A stretch of 64,000 nucleotides of DNA from Macrostomum lignano (taxonomy: Eukaryota): positions 3,866-67,865 of the forward strand of contig NIVC01003953.1 in NCBI GenBank assembly GCA_002269645.1, written 5' to 3'. The position numbers were made by a program, and so were the translations under genes. Numbering within the stretch: position 1 is the first letter of the stretch; the number at the start of each line of letters is the position of its first letter. Below are positions 52,084-64,000 of this stretch, one piece after another. The notes under the pieces were generated by a model that saw only the letters and a program-made list of their open reading frames with translations, had not been told where the DNA came from and searched no databases.

Positions 52084-52424
52084 ATATAAAGCATCACATA
52101 ATATAAAAATACACTTTCTACTACTGATAATAATGCATAAAGAAGAAGGAAAATCGATGGTTTAATTTGTAACTGTAGCAAAATGGCTATCCTTATATAT
52201 GTATGGGTGTACAAGTATATTGTCAATATACTTTCTTCACTGTTAAATTATCTCTTGCAGACAATCCTACAGCTTTTGGAAAGCAATTTTCTGCAACTAG
52301 TTGGAAACTGGCGCAGCTCAATGAGTATGTGGGGTAATGCCTGCCACCTGTTGTGTATTGCAAACATTGAAAAAATAGGCACAGGTTTCATCTGAAATAC
52401 TTAAAAGAATGTAAAAAGAAAGAG

Positions 52425-52835
52425 ACTGCTTTGCTATCTGAGTCTGCCTTAGCTGATGGAGACTCTTTGCCATCTGAGTTGCCTTAGCTCATGAAGACTC
52501 TTTGCTGTCTGATTCCACCTCAGCTAATGAAGACTCTGCCATCTGAGTCCACCTCAGCTCATGGAGACTATTTGCCATCTGAGTCCGCCTCAGCTCATGA
52601 AGACTATTTGCCATCTGAGTCCACCTTAGCTCATGAAGACTATTTGCCATCTGAGTTGCCTCAGCTCATGGAGACTATTTGCCATCTGAGTCCACCTCAG
52701 CTGATGGAGACTCTGTGCCATCTGAGTCTGCCTCAGCTGATGGAGACTCTTGACCATCTGAGTCTGCCTCAGCTCAAGGAGACTCTTTGCCATCTGATTC
52801 TGCCTTAGCTGATGGAGACTCTTTGCCATCTGAGT
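52425..52835. repeat. About 36-bp minisatellite (TTGCCATCTGAGTCCGCCTCAGCTCATGAAGACTAT)n
   Basis: About 11 copies; some 33-34-bp variants break the frame. Confidence 0.9.
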
Positions 52836-53289
52836 CTAAGTCGTTACTGTTGGAAGTAGAGACAGCTGGTGCAGCACACTTATCAACAGAGAAGTCCACG
52901 TCAGCCACATCAGATTCTGCTGCTGATCCAAGGATAGCCGGTTGCACTGATATGCATCATTGTTTTGCTATTCAGATAAATGGCCAGTTTTGACAGCAAG
53001 TCATTCAGCAGTGCTCAGATGAAAAACAACTGGATGAAGAAACAGCAACTATATGGCGCTCTAGCATGCTAAGCCACCTTGAGAGCCACACTTGCTGTGT
53101 AGTTGTATTTTAAAAAAGGACAGTTTTTGTGCTAGGTGGCAGATCAGAGATATTGCTAAAACAGGAGCTGATCTGTAGGCACAAAACATGTGCAAATAAT
53201 TTTGTAATTGTTATTCTGAAGTCTGCTCTAAACAATCAGGTTAGTGGAATCGCGCACATCTATTCTAAAGGAATTGAGCAACATGAAAA

Positions 53290-54330
53290 ATGAATTTAAG
53301 GAGAAGCTCTTCCAAAGAAATAAATGTGGCTGTCAAAAAGCTTGTCACTAATGCCTGCAATAACTGTCCTCTTCCCTTGGCAGAAAACATGTTTTATAAA
53401 AAGTTTGATTCTGCTGATGCAGACAAACTTGAGCACAAAAACTTTAATCAAGTAGGTAGTATTCCTTGGTTCAAGAACATTTGTCGATTAGCCACCAATA
53501 ATGACAAAACCAGCCAGGACCTACTAGTTCAGCTTGATGACCAACAATCAAAATTTTGCCGTGTTACACCAAATGCAACCATCAAAGGTTATTTGCAGTC
53601 AATTACCATGAGACCATTTCAGCTGCATTTATTCCCAGAAGAGCAGCTGCAGCTGTAGCCTGCAGCTACTTCTATTTAAAAATCAAAGTCACATGCTGCA
53701 TTTGGATATGACAGGAAATGTAATAAAGAAACTCAAGTTTATGCGCCAAAAAGTATTTCTTTATTCAGTGATGATATTGTAGAAAGCGCCATTGGGACTC
53801 TCCCTTAAAATATTGGCAATGCTCTTCTTGACTACCACAATGTCGATTGTATTGTGGCCTTCCTCTTTTCCTTTGCTCAATAATTGAGTTGACTGCATTC
53901 TAGAAAAATGGACCTATTGGAATGGTTGTAACAGACTTTTTGTGGGCTCTTTTGCACAGTGTCTGCATAGTTTTTAGCCAAAAGACACTTTAAAAAGTTA
54001 TTCTACAACACTTCAAGTTTTTTTAGCAGCTACAAAAGGGTAAAACGATTGGAATGAAAGTGACTCCATTTGTCTGCACCAATCTTTTTATTGCTACAAT
54101 TTGTCAAACCTTAAAAAAAACCACCATTCAGCCAAATTTTGCCACAAAAAAAGAGATTTTTTATTTATGGCATTGTACTCCTAATTTATTCCAAGGACTA
54201 CAACATGTTTGTTTCAAATGCGTTGCTCATTTTGAGGGTTTTTGGATTGCCAACTGCAGTTTGTCATTCAGTTCTCACTCTATGTCAACGAGTTTTGTCT
54301 TGGAAGACCAATTTGCCAGATGCTAACTGA
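53290..54330 (+). pseudogene. Decayed DDE transposase, MULE / NOF-Foldback-like
   Basis: Fragments separated by stops and frameshifts: GYLQSITMRPFQLHLFPEEQL, LHLDMTGNVIKK, KVFLYSV, YHNVDCIVAFL, PIGMVVTDFLWALLHSVCIVF. Order and spacing resemble the MULE D...D core. Assigned by motif recall only. Confidence 0.5.
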
Positions 54331-56609
54331 GAACTGGAATGCACTGAGAACTGGAATGCACTGAACAGTCCCAACCTGCTGCTTCAACGACGCACAAGGA
54401 TAATGACCATTTTTCTATACTACAAAGAACATTGCCATTTTATAATAAATTCTTGGTGATGTTAGAAAAATTTGACAAAGATGAAACCATTGTCACTAAA
54501 GAATACTTTTGCTATGACATTGTTGAGCTCATGGTAGAGAAATGGCCGCCTCTTGCACCATTGTGAAGACATTTTGTTGTAAAGGCCTTGCGAGACTTGA
54601 AGCTAGTTAAGTCCTGGTATTTGAATGTGATAGCCAAGAATCACTTTCAACATTTTATTTATTGAAATTTTGTCTATTGATATATTGCCTGCTAAATAGA
54701 CAAAGTAGTTCTCATTTTTAAACTGTCAATTAGAAAGTAGGTTAGCAATTAGGATGAGGAGTGGGATAGACTACCCTATATGTAAATATTAAATATTGTG
54801 TATTATTCATAATTTGGTAATATTTCAGTCTTAATAATGTTTGTTTTGTAGGTTCTTAGTTTAGCTTATAGGGATTATTCTTATTGTTTTTTATATATAA
54901 GTATATATTATAAAATAGTTTATTAAAATGATAGAAGACTTGCATTGCAATGTTTTACTAATAATAGAGATTATTAAGTAGCTCTCTACATTATTATCTA
55001 TCTTTATCCCTATTTCTCAAGAGAAAAAAGTTTTAAAAAAACTTTGACTATTTAGCAAACAAACTAATAATAGCTAAATATATTAGAAACCATTCTACTT
55101 GTCTATTTTTATAATAAACTTATAAGTATTATAAAGACTTATTGTGCTAGAAAACTTTTAATTAACTATTTGCAATAAATGTTTTAAAATAAAATTACAG
55201 TTTAACATTTTATACTAGAATAAAAGTGGATATCAAGTAGATAGATAAGGGTCCATAGAACAGAGTAATAAATATATTTAATCAAGACAATTCTATTCTT
55301 TATATTTACTCTTTCTTTCTCTCTCTCTCTTCTCTGACCCATCCCACTGGTCCTTCCTTTTCATCCATCTACAGTCTGGCTTGCCAACAAGATTGCTAAA
55401 AACTTTGATAAACTACAAAATAAACCAGGCTCCCACATACTGCCTGCATTTATATGGCAACATAATTTACAAAGCCTCCTAGCTCCCAATAAGTTTAAGT
55501 CTCGGTCAGGAAACCATTGAAACATTTTAACCAATGTGCTCATTTTACCCTATTGAAGTACAATATTTATTCACTTTGTCATTTAATTTATATAAACTAC
55601 TTATTGTACCCACAAATATAGATTTTTATGCTCTTACCTCCAATACCAACATTTTATCTAATTGTATAGTGCTTCAAAAAAAAACAATTTTTATATACAC
55701 TGTTGATTGAAATGAATGGTGGAAAGCCTCTAGGACAAGTTAGAGCTAGACAAAACAGGGTTTTAAATGTACGTCCCTCATATTTACAACTTACAACTAC
55801 TCATCAGTTTTATCAAACTAAAAAAATTATTACTTAAAAGACAAACTTGCATTGTATTACATACAGATTTTTGGCCTAATGAAGAGCCCAGAGGCTTGAA
55901 ACCAGTAGCCTACTTTCAATTAAATAATTTAACACGCTGTGACCTCTCTTTTCTTTCTTTCTCTTAGAAGACCTTTATTGGCTTCAAGTTTATATTCTTT
56001 AAGTTTATGTTAATAATATTTCCAATTCTCCATTTTTGAAAACTTTCATTAGACACTTAGGGGATGCCCAAAATGATTAAAAAAAGCAAAAAGCTGCAAA
56101 AAAACTACCTTCAATGGTAATGCAACCTTGATTTGTTAATCTTCCTATGGTGTCAATGAGAATTCAATAAAATTATTTTGATGAATATTGTATTTAAAAA
56201 TAATCATTTTTTAGAAACAAAAAGACTAAGTTAACATGTTTTATAAATGTAAAATTAAGAATTAAGAAATTACTAGTTAAAATTATTTTTTTTAATTATA
56301 ATATACAATAAATAAAATGACTTTATTAGTAATTACCTTTAATATTGACTTTTGTTAAAATATAAAAAATGCCACATCAGATTTTTCTCCTTTTAAAATT
56401 TGCCACATCCACAATGCACTGCATTGCTCATCTCTTGAATTCTGATTTGTTGCTACCTTTGCCATTTGTTTGCATAGGCCTAGGCCTCAAAGCTTATTTT
56501 AACTGCTTAAGAATATAGGCTATTAAATAGCTAAAAGCAAACTGAATTAAACTAAAATTTATAATTTTATAAATAGTTTAGGGGGCCTATAGGCCAGCCT
56601 AAGAAAATT

Positions 56610-56721
56610 CGGCTATCTTCTCGAATCGTTCGTTTAATTCTAACCCCCACCCCCACCACCCTTGAATAGAGGGCGAAATAATTCTGGAAATAATTAAACG
56701 AACGATTCGAGAAGATTGCCG
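56610..56721. repeat. 30-bp inverted repeat with 52-bp spacer (MITE-like)
   Basis: CGGCTATCTTCTCGAATCGTTCGTTTAATT (56610-56639) pairs with 56692-56721 with one mismatch. Confidence 0.85.
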
Positions 56722-57597
56722 ACTAGGGGCCTAAGTAAATTTGTTTTAAAAGCATAGACCTAGGTCTAAATGAATTTTCGGCAATCTTCTCGTTTTTATG
56801 TTCGAAGCAAAAACATAAAAAATGTGGTAAAAATAATTTAAAGTATACCAACAATATACTTTAGTCTAATATTGCCCTGTGCCTCTGGCATTAAGCCTCG
56901 AAATTTCAGTAAAAAGTAGTCTAAATGAGTCAACTGACTAAGAACTAACGACTAATGATGTTGTCATGTCATGTCTAGGTACGAGAAAACTGCGTTAGTT
57001 TTTTTTCAAAAACGTTCACTTTCAATGCAAATGACCACGTAAACTAGATAACATCACTCACTTATAACAGTCCCTACATATTTTTGTTAGCTAATTTGTT
57101 CGTTTATTACTAAATATTTCTTTTTCACAAATAGATTTAGCTACAATTTGTTATATCGGTATGCTTTTGCAGAACAGATTTACAGACTTACATCATTTAG
57201 AGAGGAGATGCCCGACAGTTTACACAGTTTACAGAGTCCATTAGATCAACAGTCTACTGTGGACTCGTACAATCTATATCAGACCCAAATCCGGAATCCC
57301 ATCCAATCAGACTACTATTTTGCATAAACCCCTTCAGAAAAAATAGAAAGTAAACTTATGGAATAAGAATAATATATGTATGCGAACTAAGTCAAATGAA
57401 GACAGAGAACAATTATAAAGGCAGGCAGAACACTGTTTATATGCAACATTACACGTTCGGTTATTTGCAAATCAAGTACGTGACCGAAAGCTGCTAGGCA
57501 AGTTGAAGTTTTGCAAGCCTTGATGCAACGATGATTAAATTTCCACCGTTGGAATCGGTGGAATTCCATTTCGAGTGGAAATCATCGGATTTCCTGT

Positions 57598-57697
57598 AAC
57601 AGCCCGATAATGAGTCGGGCTGTTAATAACATGCAGATTAATCATTTAATCCGATGATTAAAAACTCACAGCATTCAACAACACAGCCCGACTCATT
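57598..57697. repeat. Nested inverted repeats (MITE-like)
   Basis: AACAGCCCGA-7 nt-TCGGGCTGTT hairpin (57598-57624). 57609-57623 is also the reverse complement of 57683-57697. Confidence 0.7.
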
Positions 57698-60401
57698 TTA
57701 AGAATGGATAACAGTGGTTGCATGGTAGCGATCATGACAAAGTATGGACAGCGCGATAAGAAACATGTGCGCATCAAGCACCATCTGTATATAGTGGTCC
57801 TTCGTGCGCATGCAAGCGTACATGTAGCTCTGCTGTAAACAGAAGACGGAAGAAATCAATTTTAACTTTAAAGTTTCCAAGCTAATTAATTAAGTAACAC
57901 GAGCAATTAGACTTAAAAGCTTATACGATGTATAGCTGTGGACTCGATCATCGATCTGCATCCACCGCATTCACCGCAGAGTATGGTATGCTTTGTTTTG
58001 GTTGTGATTTACTGTTATTTGACCACGACCTCGATTGATGGCGCCAATCACAATCTCAGCACAAGAGTGCAGCACGCGACGACGGCGATGTCTAGAGGAA
58101 AAGAGCGCGTGTGATGGTACATGTATCGCACAGCTTCCGATCTATAATTAGGAGAAATTCTAAACATAACAAAAAGAAAGTAGAGAAAGAATTATCGAAT
58201 TACCGAAATGTCTCGATGAATATTGTGATAGAGCTATAAGAAAGGAAAGTCATATCAAAATATGAACACTTCATGGGTCTGCCTGCTATCAAAATAAAAA
58301 ACAAGCCATTCTTCGTAATGTATTTTTCGTTAGCTCGTCAACCTGTCTCCTAAGTATTTTCCATGAAAGGGAGTTTTCGTCCTACTTGAGTAGTCCTTGA
58401 AGAGTAGTATATAAATGTACGCACTTGCGAGCTTGAGGCTGTATAATACAACAACAAACTATTACAGCAATATTTATCCCAGAGAATCAGTCTTAATATA
58501 TGGGCAAGATATGCCCCTGAAGCCACCCCCGCCACACTCACTCACAGCACTGCGACGACAGTCCCCAATTTGCATCAATTATCCTCGCTGACTTGGTGTG
58601 ATTGGCGTGCCAAATTATTGCTGCCAAGCAACTTTTTTACGCTGCAGAATTGCCGTCAGAGTTTGCGCCACCAACTATAACTGGTCAGAATGTCTTAGCT
58701 TCTTAATCATGCAGATCGGGACCCGAATCGATTCAGCAGCAGAATATTCGCAAGCAAGCAGACGTGATGACGCTGCTACTAATCATATAGCTAGCTAAAC
58801 ATGGCAATAAGTCCGCTGTCTGCATCATTTTGAAAGCATTCTTTCTCTACTTTTTGCTTTGTTCAGAATTTCTCCTACATTTACGAGCACAGACAGATCG
58901 GAGTGGTACAATGCGAAGGAGACACAAAAAATACATCACAAAAGTACTACACAGCTGGAGAGCCAAAAATACATGTATATAGGATTGGCTCCGGGAACCA
59001 GTCGTCACACTTTTATTCAATGAGGCAACATGCATTCCTTTGTGCATTCCTTGAGCATGGGTCAAGTTTAGCGTGTATTGAGCAAGACGAAATCTTGCAG
59101 TACATCTCAATGTAGCAAATAACATTGCTACAATTTTAATAAGTAAATTTTAAGTGCATACGTACCTCTAGAGTCCGGCCCAGACGGTAATTGATTGTTA
59201 CTTCTTGACCTGTCGTACTTTTGATAAATTATGCTACACTCATTTACTCTTAACCGGTGCCTGTCTAGCAAAGGTCGCGCGAATTTACATTACATGCCAT
59301 AATTTACAATGCATGAGCGGCCTGCACTGCAATCGTTGATGGATAATTTGTTGCGAGCTTCGAAGATGGCAGATGCGCGTGCGTGTGTGTGTGTGTCGGT
59401 TTGTTTATAATATTCCTGATGGCGTGTGCACCAATTGCTTGCGAGCACTCTCGAGATCACAATTTTACAACTATCGAGACCGATATAGCTTATAAACTGT
59501 TAAATGACTACCAAGTGGCATAACTGCAGTGCTGCATCCGATGGGTTATTGCATAAAGATGCCACTACAATATGCACTCTTGTCTGTCAGTTGGCTGCAC
59601 AGACTGTCAAGTGCCGTCACCGTGAATCAGCAGTTGCCTCAATTATTCTAATTGATTATTTGCAATCGCACAAGAGTCTAGAGGGTCAGAAGCACAGTTC
59701 GTGTTGGAAAAATCCTACTGTATTCTAAATCAGATTAGGAGTGCTTGAGCAGTTTATCCACAGCTCTGGAGCTGTTTTTTCCGGCATATGATGTGTGAGG
59801 GATGTTTCTTTCGATTGCCCAATCACATTGATGTACTCAATGGGAGGTTATCAAGTATTTGTCACTGGTTGCTTTCGACAGCTGGCAAAAAACGCGGAGA
59901 AAGCCATAATGATAATACTAGCTATCAAGGAATGATAAATATATTAATCCAGTATCTATTCTTTGCCAACTTGCAGAAATGTCAGATCTGTGATAAACAG
60001 TGCGCATGAAGATTGAACAGCACGAGTGGTGAGCATAAAAATTTAGCATCAGCATTAAATTTAAGGAAAGAGCAGTTGACTCTCATCCGATCTCACTCAG
60101 CTCGTAAGACGTGATAACTCTGGCGGCAGTGAATCGTATCGAGAACGGAATATCAGAGGGGCACTTCCTAACAAAAATACACACACCTTTGACCCATACA
60201 AAAGGAGCCCTATATTAAAATTCAAATTTTCCTGCAAAAATGTCACAATTAAGAAGAAAATGATTTTCTCTAGTTAAAAAGTGACTCAAGTACTTCTAGT
60301 GTCATTTTCTTTTTCCTGAAATGATCCTGGTTGCACTGGGATAATTCCTTGTAACGGATGCGCTCACGAAAAATTTGCTTTCCAAGATTTTAAAAAGTCT
60401 C

Positions 60402-62941
60402 CTAACGTGACGCCGCCGCTTTGGCTTTTTCGCGCCGCTTCTGTCGCTTCTTTCGTCGTTTTCTACGGGCCCGACGCGACGCCTTCGAGCGGCGCGCTTT
60501 TGGTAGCGGCTGCGGCGGCGGCTCTCGTCGAGCTATGATGCCCAGCCGGCGGCCGAGGCGGCGCATCTTCTCGATGACCTCCTCCTGCATCAGCTTGAAG
60601 CACATGGCAAACACGGACAGGCCGACGGCCACGTACAGTGTGGTGGCGATCAGCTTCTCCTTCGGGTTCCGGGAGTCCACCTCCGTGCCTGGTTTATGAG
60701 GCATCACATAGATAACGTCATTTTGATCGATTTAGTCGCGTCTGCATGTTTATCATACTTGCGAGCAAAGTCAATTTAACTGTATTTTTATGTTTGACGA
60801 CGTTGCATTTTGAGGACAGGAAAGCCACACTTAAGATGAGCTCTGTCAGGTACTCTATTTGCCATATTTTTGTCCTCAAAGCCTATTCAAGCCTATGCTG
60901 CTTTTATTTTCTTGGCGAAGCACGTGCTCCAATTGACGGACCGGGGTTGCCACGGGGTGAAGCTGCAAAGTCATTCAAGCTTGTTGCCCTTAAGACAATT
61001 AGAAGGCATCTTGGGTTGACTGACTGCTTCATACTTGGCTCAGAGAGAGGGGGATCCTGAGCAAGCCTGATGAGGCAGGCGACTGCGGAAGCTGGCGCAA
61101 AAAATCGCAGCGGGGGGTTGAGGAGAGGGCGATGCAGTTCAGGTCGGCGCCATCATCTTGGGATGCAGACCGGTCCCCACGCACCCACTAAGCCTTATGA
61201 GAAAAAGGAAAATGCGAGTGTGAAAAGATGGAGAGTTATATGGATAGTGACTAAAAACTGGAAAAGGGAAAGTCCAGCCAAGCTAAAAACTGTAGCCTCG
61301 CCTGTTCCACGTTGAGAGCCCAATTTGAGTCTAGAATTTCTATTTGCCATCTCGCTACGTCGCCCGCTCTTCCTTAGTCCGTCCGGGCGTCCCAAAGGCC
61401 GGCTCCAAAGGCGGAAAGCGGAAAGACGCCGGCCTCATCTTGACTGTTGGATGGCTCATTATTAACCCCGCATATATTTTGGCAAACACCAAAATAGCGA
61501 GACGGAATTACCCGGCACAATGTCACCAAAGCCAATGGTGCTCAGAGTGATGAAGCAGAAATAGGACCACTTGATGTAGTCAGTTTGCTCCCAGATGGTA
61601 AACAGAAATGAGCCGAAGATCACATAGCCCAGCATGACGGTTAGGGACAGGCTGAGGGGCACAGTGACCTGGCTCAACTTCTTGTCGTGCGGACCTCGGC
61701 GCCTGCGCTTGCGGCCGCTGCCGGGGCCGGCGCCGTAGTCGTAGTAGCCTAGATTGCCCAGCTGGTCCCCAGTTTCGAAAGACGAAAGTGAGGAGCTTGA
61801 AGAGGACGACGATGAGTACAAGTCGGAGTCCTCATCGCCGGACGAACCAGAAGGGCTGGGTAGGGAGACGTAGCTGATTGTCCGAGTCAGTGCCTCCTGA
61901 TCGTGCGGTGGAGCCTCGGACTCGGCCTCGTCGAGCGGTTCGACCTCTTCTGTCAGCGCCTGGTCGATGTTTGCCCAGTCAACAACGGGCGCTCTGCCAA
62001 GTCCAAGCAGCGACTCCGGCTCTGTAGACGATGTGGCGAGTGTGCGGCGGCTGCGCAACGGCGACGGCGTCGACTGGCTGCGGGCTAGCCGGCGCTGCCA
62101 CGGCAAGTCGCTCCTCAGGGTGTCGCGGGTCCCCCGAAATTCGACATGCTGGTGTATCGCCTGGATTGAGTTAAGTTGTGAGGAGTTGAACGGCTTTTTA
62201 GTCAGACTGTCAGACTTAGTCAGTGAGAGAGAGAGCATCATGTACACCATCAACATCAGCTTAAAAGTAGCTTCTAACCGTCGTCGGTAATTGCAAGCTT
62301 CAGGACTAATTGATAGTAATAATGCGACAACCGATGACAATCATCCCTAAATATTATCAGACAGAATTCCGAGCGAGAAAAGTCACCGAATCACCTCGCC
62401 GGCGACCCCTCCTGGTCCCTTTGTCGGTGCCGCGTTGCTGGCAGGAGTCTGGCCACGGCCAAAGCTCGCCTCGCGCCTCCGCGAGCTTTGCAATTCGTCG
62501 TCGCAGCTGCCCCCGACATGGCATTTGTGCCGGGAAAATCGTCGACAAACAGCACCCGTCCTGTGCCGGCCGGCGTGGACCAGGCGGCCATCAGCGGTCG
62601 GGCGAAGTCGGTCTTCACTCGGATGATGTCCAGCTCCTCGCTGCGCTGCTGCCGACCGCTGACTGGGACGAGCGCCCCGTTGGCGCTCGCTGTAGCTGAC
62701 GTTGCTGTCGCCGCCGTTGCGGCCGCTGCGGCCACCTCAGCCGGTCCTCGCGGCTTGGCGGAGCAAATCCGGAACTGCTTGAAGTACGGCCTGCACATGG
62801 TGCTATAGAGCAGGCGGAAACCGTCAGCCAGGTAATCACCGATGTTGTTCAGATAGAGGAACATCAGCGGGATGCCCAGGAAGGCGCAAAACATCGTGGC
62901 AACCATGCCGAGCCAGGTCTTGGGAGCGGCGTGACCGTACC
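60402..62941 (-). CDS. Second K2P potassium channel (TWK/TRESK-like) with a long M2-M3 loop; first exon(s) not found in the window
   Basis: An exon from 62941 (GYGHAAPKTWLGMVATMFCAFLGIPL), an exon about 62160-61512 (VTVPLSLSL...WSYFCFITLSTIGFGDIVPG), and exon 60688-60402 (M4 + basic tail). The junction between the first two is unresolved. Confidence 0.85.
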
Positions 62942-64000
62942 CTGCAATGACAGGTGTTGGTGATGACACAACGTTCAAAGAATGGTATTTAAACGGACTT
63001 TTTACCTTGCCTAACTAGAGAACAACAAATCTGCTGAAGACCTTGTGTGCAACAGGCGCAGACAGACTGCAATTCCTTGAACAAGACGCATCCCTTGATG
63101 AGGTCTGCACACCCGAGAACATTTCGTTACCTCGGGGCTGCTGGAGAGCCTTCACCCCCCAGTGAAGATCAGGCTAGAGGCAGAACTTCCCTGAGCGTCC
63201 CAGGCAATGGTTACTAGCGGGTCTCGCGGGGATTGTCAGAATTGGCGATGCTCGCCGCCCCGCAGCGCCTTCACGTGCTTCTTTAGCTATGCCAAGTGCG
63301 TCAAGATTTCCCTTCTAGTTGCTTTAAAAACAGAAGACTGCAGTGCGGTCTGCATGACTCTATTTTAAAGGCTAGATCACATGACGAGGTATCTACATGT
63401 AAGCGCTGTGGCCCCTGTCATTCTAGTTAGCATGGATGGTCCTTGCAAAATTAGAGGATGCTAAAGCACACCCAGGGTCAAAGTTCAGAATGTGATTAAC
63501 AAAATATGCAAACGCACCAAAGTCTCTACTCTGCACTCGAATGAATTCTTCAAAAGCCAAAGCGTCATGTGAATTGCCAAGAGAACAGGAGCTAAGTGGG
63601 ACTTCAGCAGAGTTAAAAACGCCGAAAGTAGCAATTGTCTGATTTGGACTAAACGCACCGGCCTCAATGCATTACGAGCTACTCTTCATTCAATCTAATT
63701 TTGAAGTCTGTGTCCAATCAGCAGGAAATTTGATTGATGTGCTCCACGGTGGCCCTATATGTTCATTTTGTGACGCATAAAATCAGGCTAAACTCAGGGA
63801 AAGTTTGAGTGCAGAAATGCGCACTTTGATTGGAGAATATACCCACCCTTACTGATCCCACTCCGCAGCTGCACAATCAGTTAACAACCGGAAGTTTTGC
63901 TCTCAATTAAACCCATTTAAGATTGAAATCATTTCAGTGAACCGTGTCTCCCTCTCTCTCAAACTTAATCAGCTCAATAATGGCAAAGTGATCAGACTCA

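Noticed and set aside
61045-61110. CTGATGAG-GCAG-GCGA-CTGC-GGAAGC hammerhead-like fold
   Set aside because: GAAA is GAAG, the position after the predicted stem III is G, and there is no stem I.

Overview
This is eukaryotic animal genomic DNA: GC-rich spliceosomal exons separated by AT-rich or minisatellite-filled introns. The style suggests a free-living flatworm such as Macrostomum, which is an inference I did not test. Genes I could build by hand, checking splice phases: an inversin/ANKRD55-like ankyrin protein (+), the C-terminus of a FRS2/Gab-like tyrosine-motif adaptor (-), actin with three CArG boxes (+), p70 S6 kinase (+), a secreted PAN + C-type lectin (+), an EF-hand rhomboid protease (-), BOK (-), a small hypothetical gene (-), two K2P potassium channels (+ and -), and GPN2 (-). 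Mobile DNA: a 4.25-kb APE-RT-RNaseH LINE with an intact ORF2 sitting inside a minisatellite with a 13-bp TSD, a 227-bp 5'-truncated LINE end with a (CAA)7 tail and 13-bp TSD, a CORE-type SINE, a second tRNA-derived SINE, a decayed MULE/NOF-like transposase, and MITE- or Helitron-like ends. There are about 20 distinct mini- and microsatellites. The most striking pattern is that in three genes (BOK, K2P, GPN2) the intronic minisatellite unit is a near-copy of that intron's own splice junction. There is no CRISPR array and no prokaryotic system.
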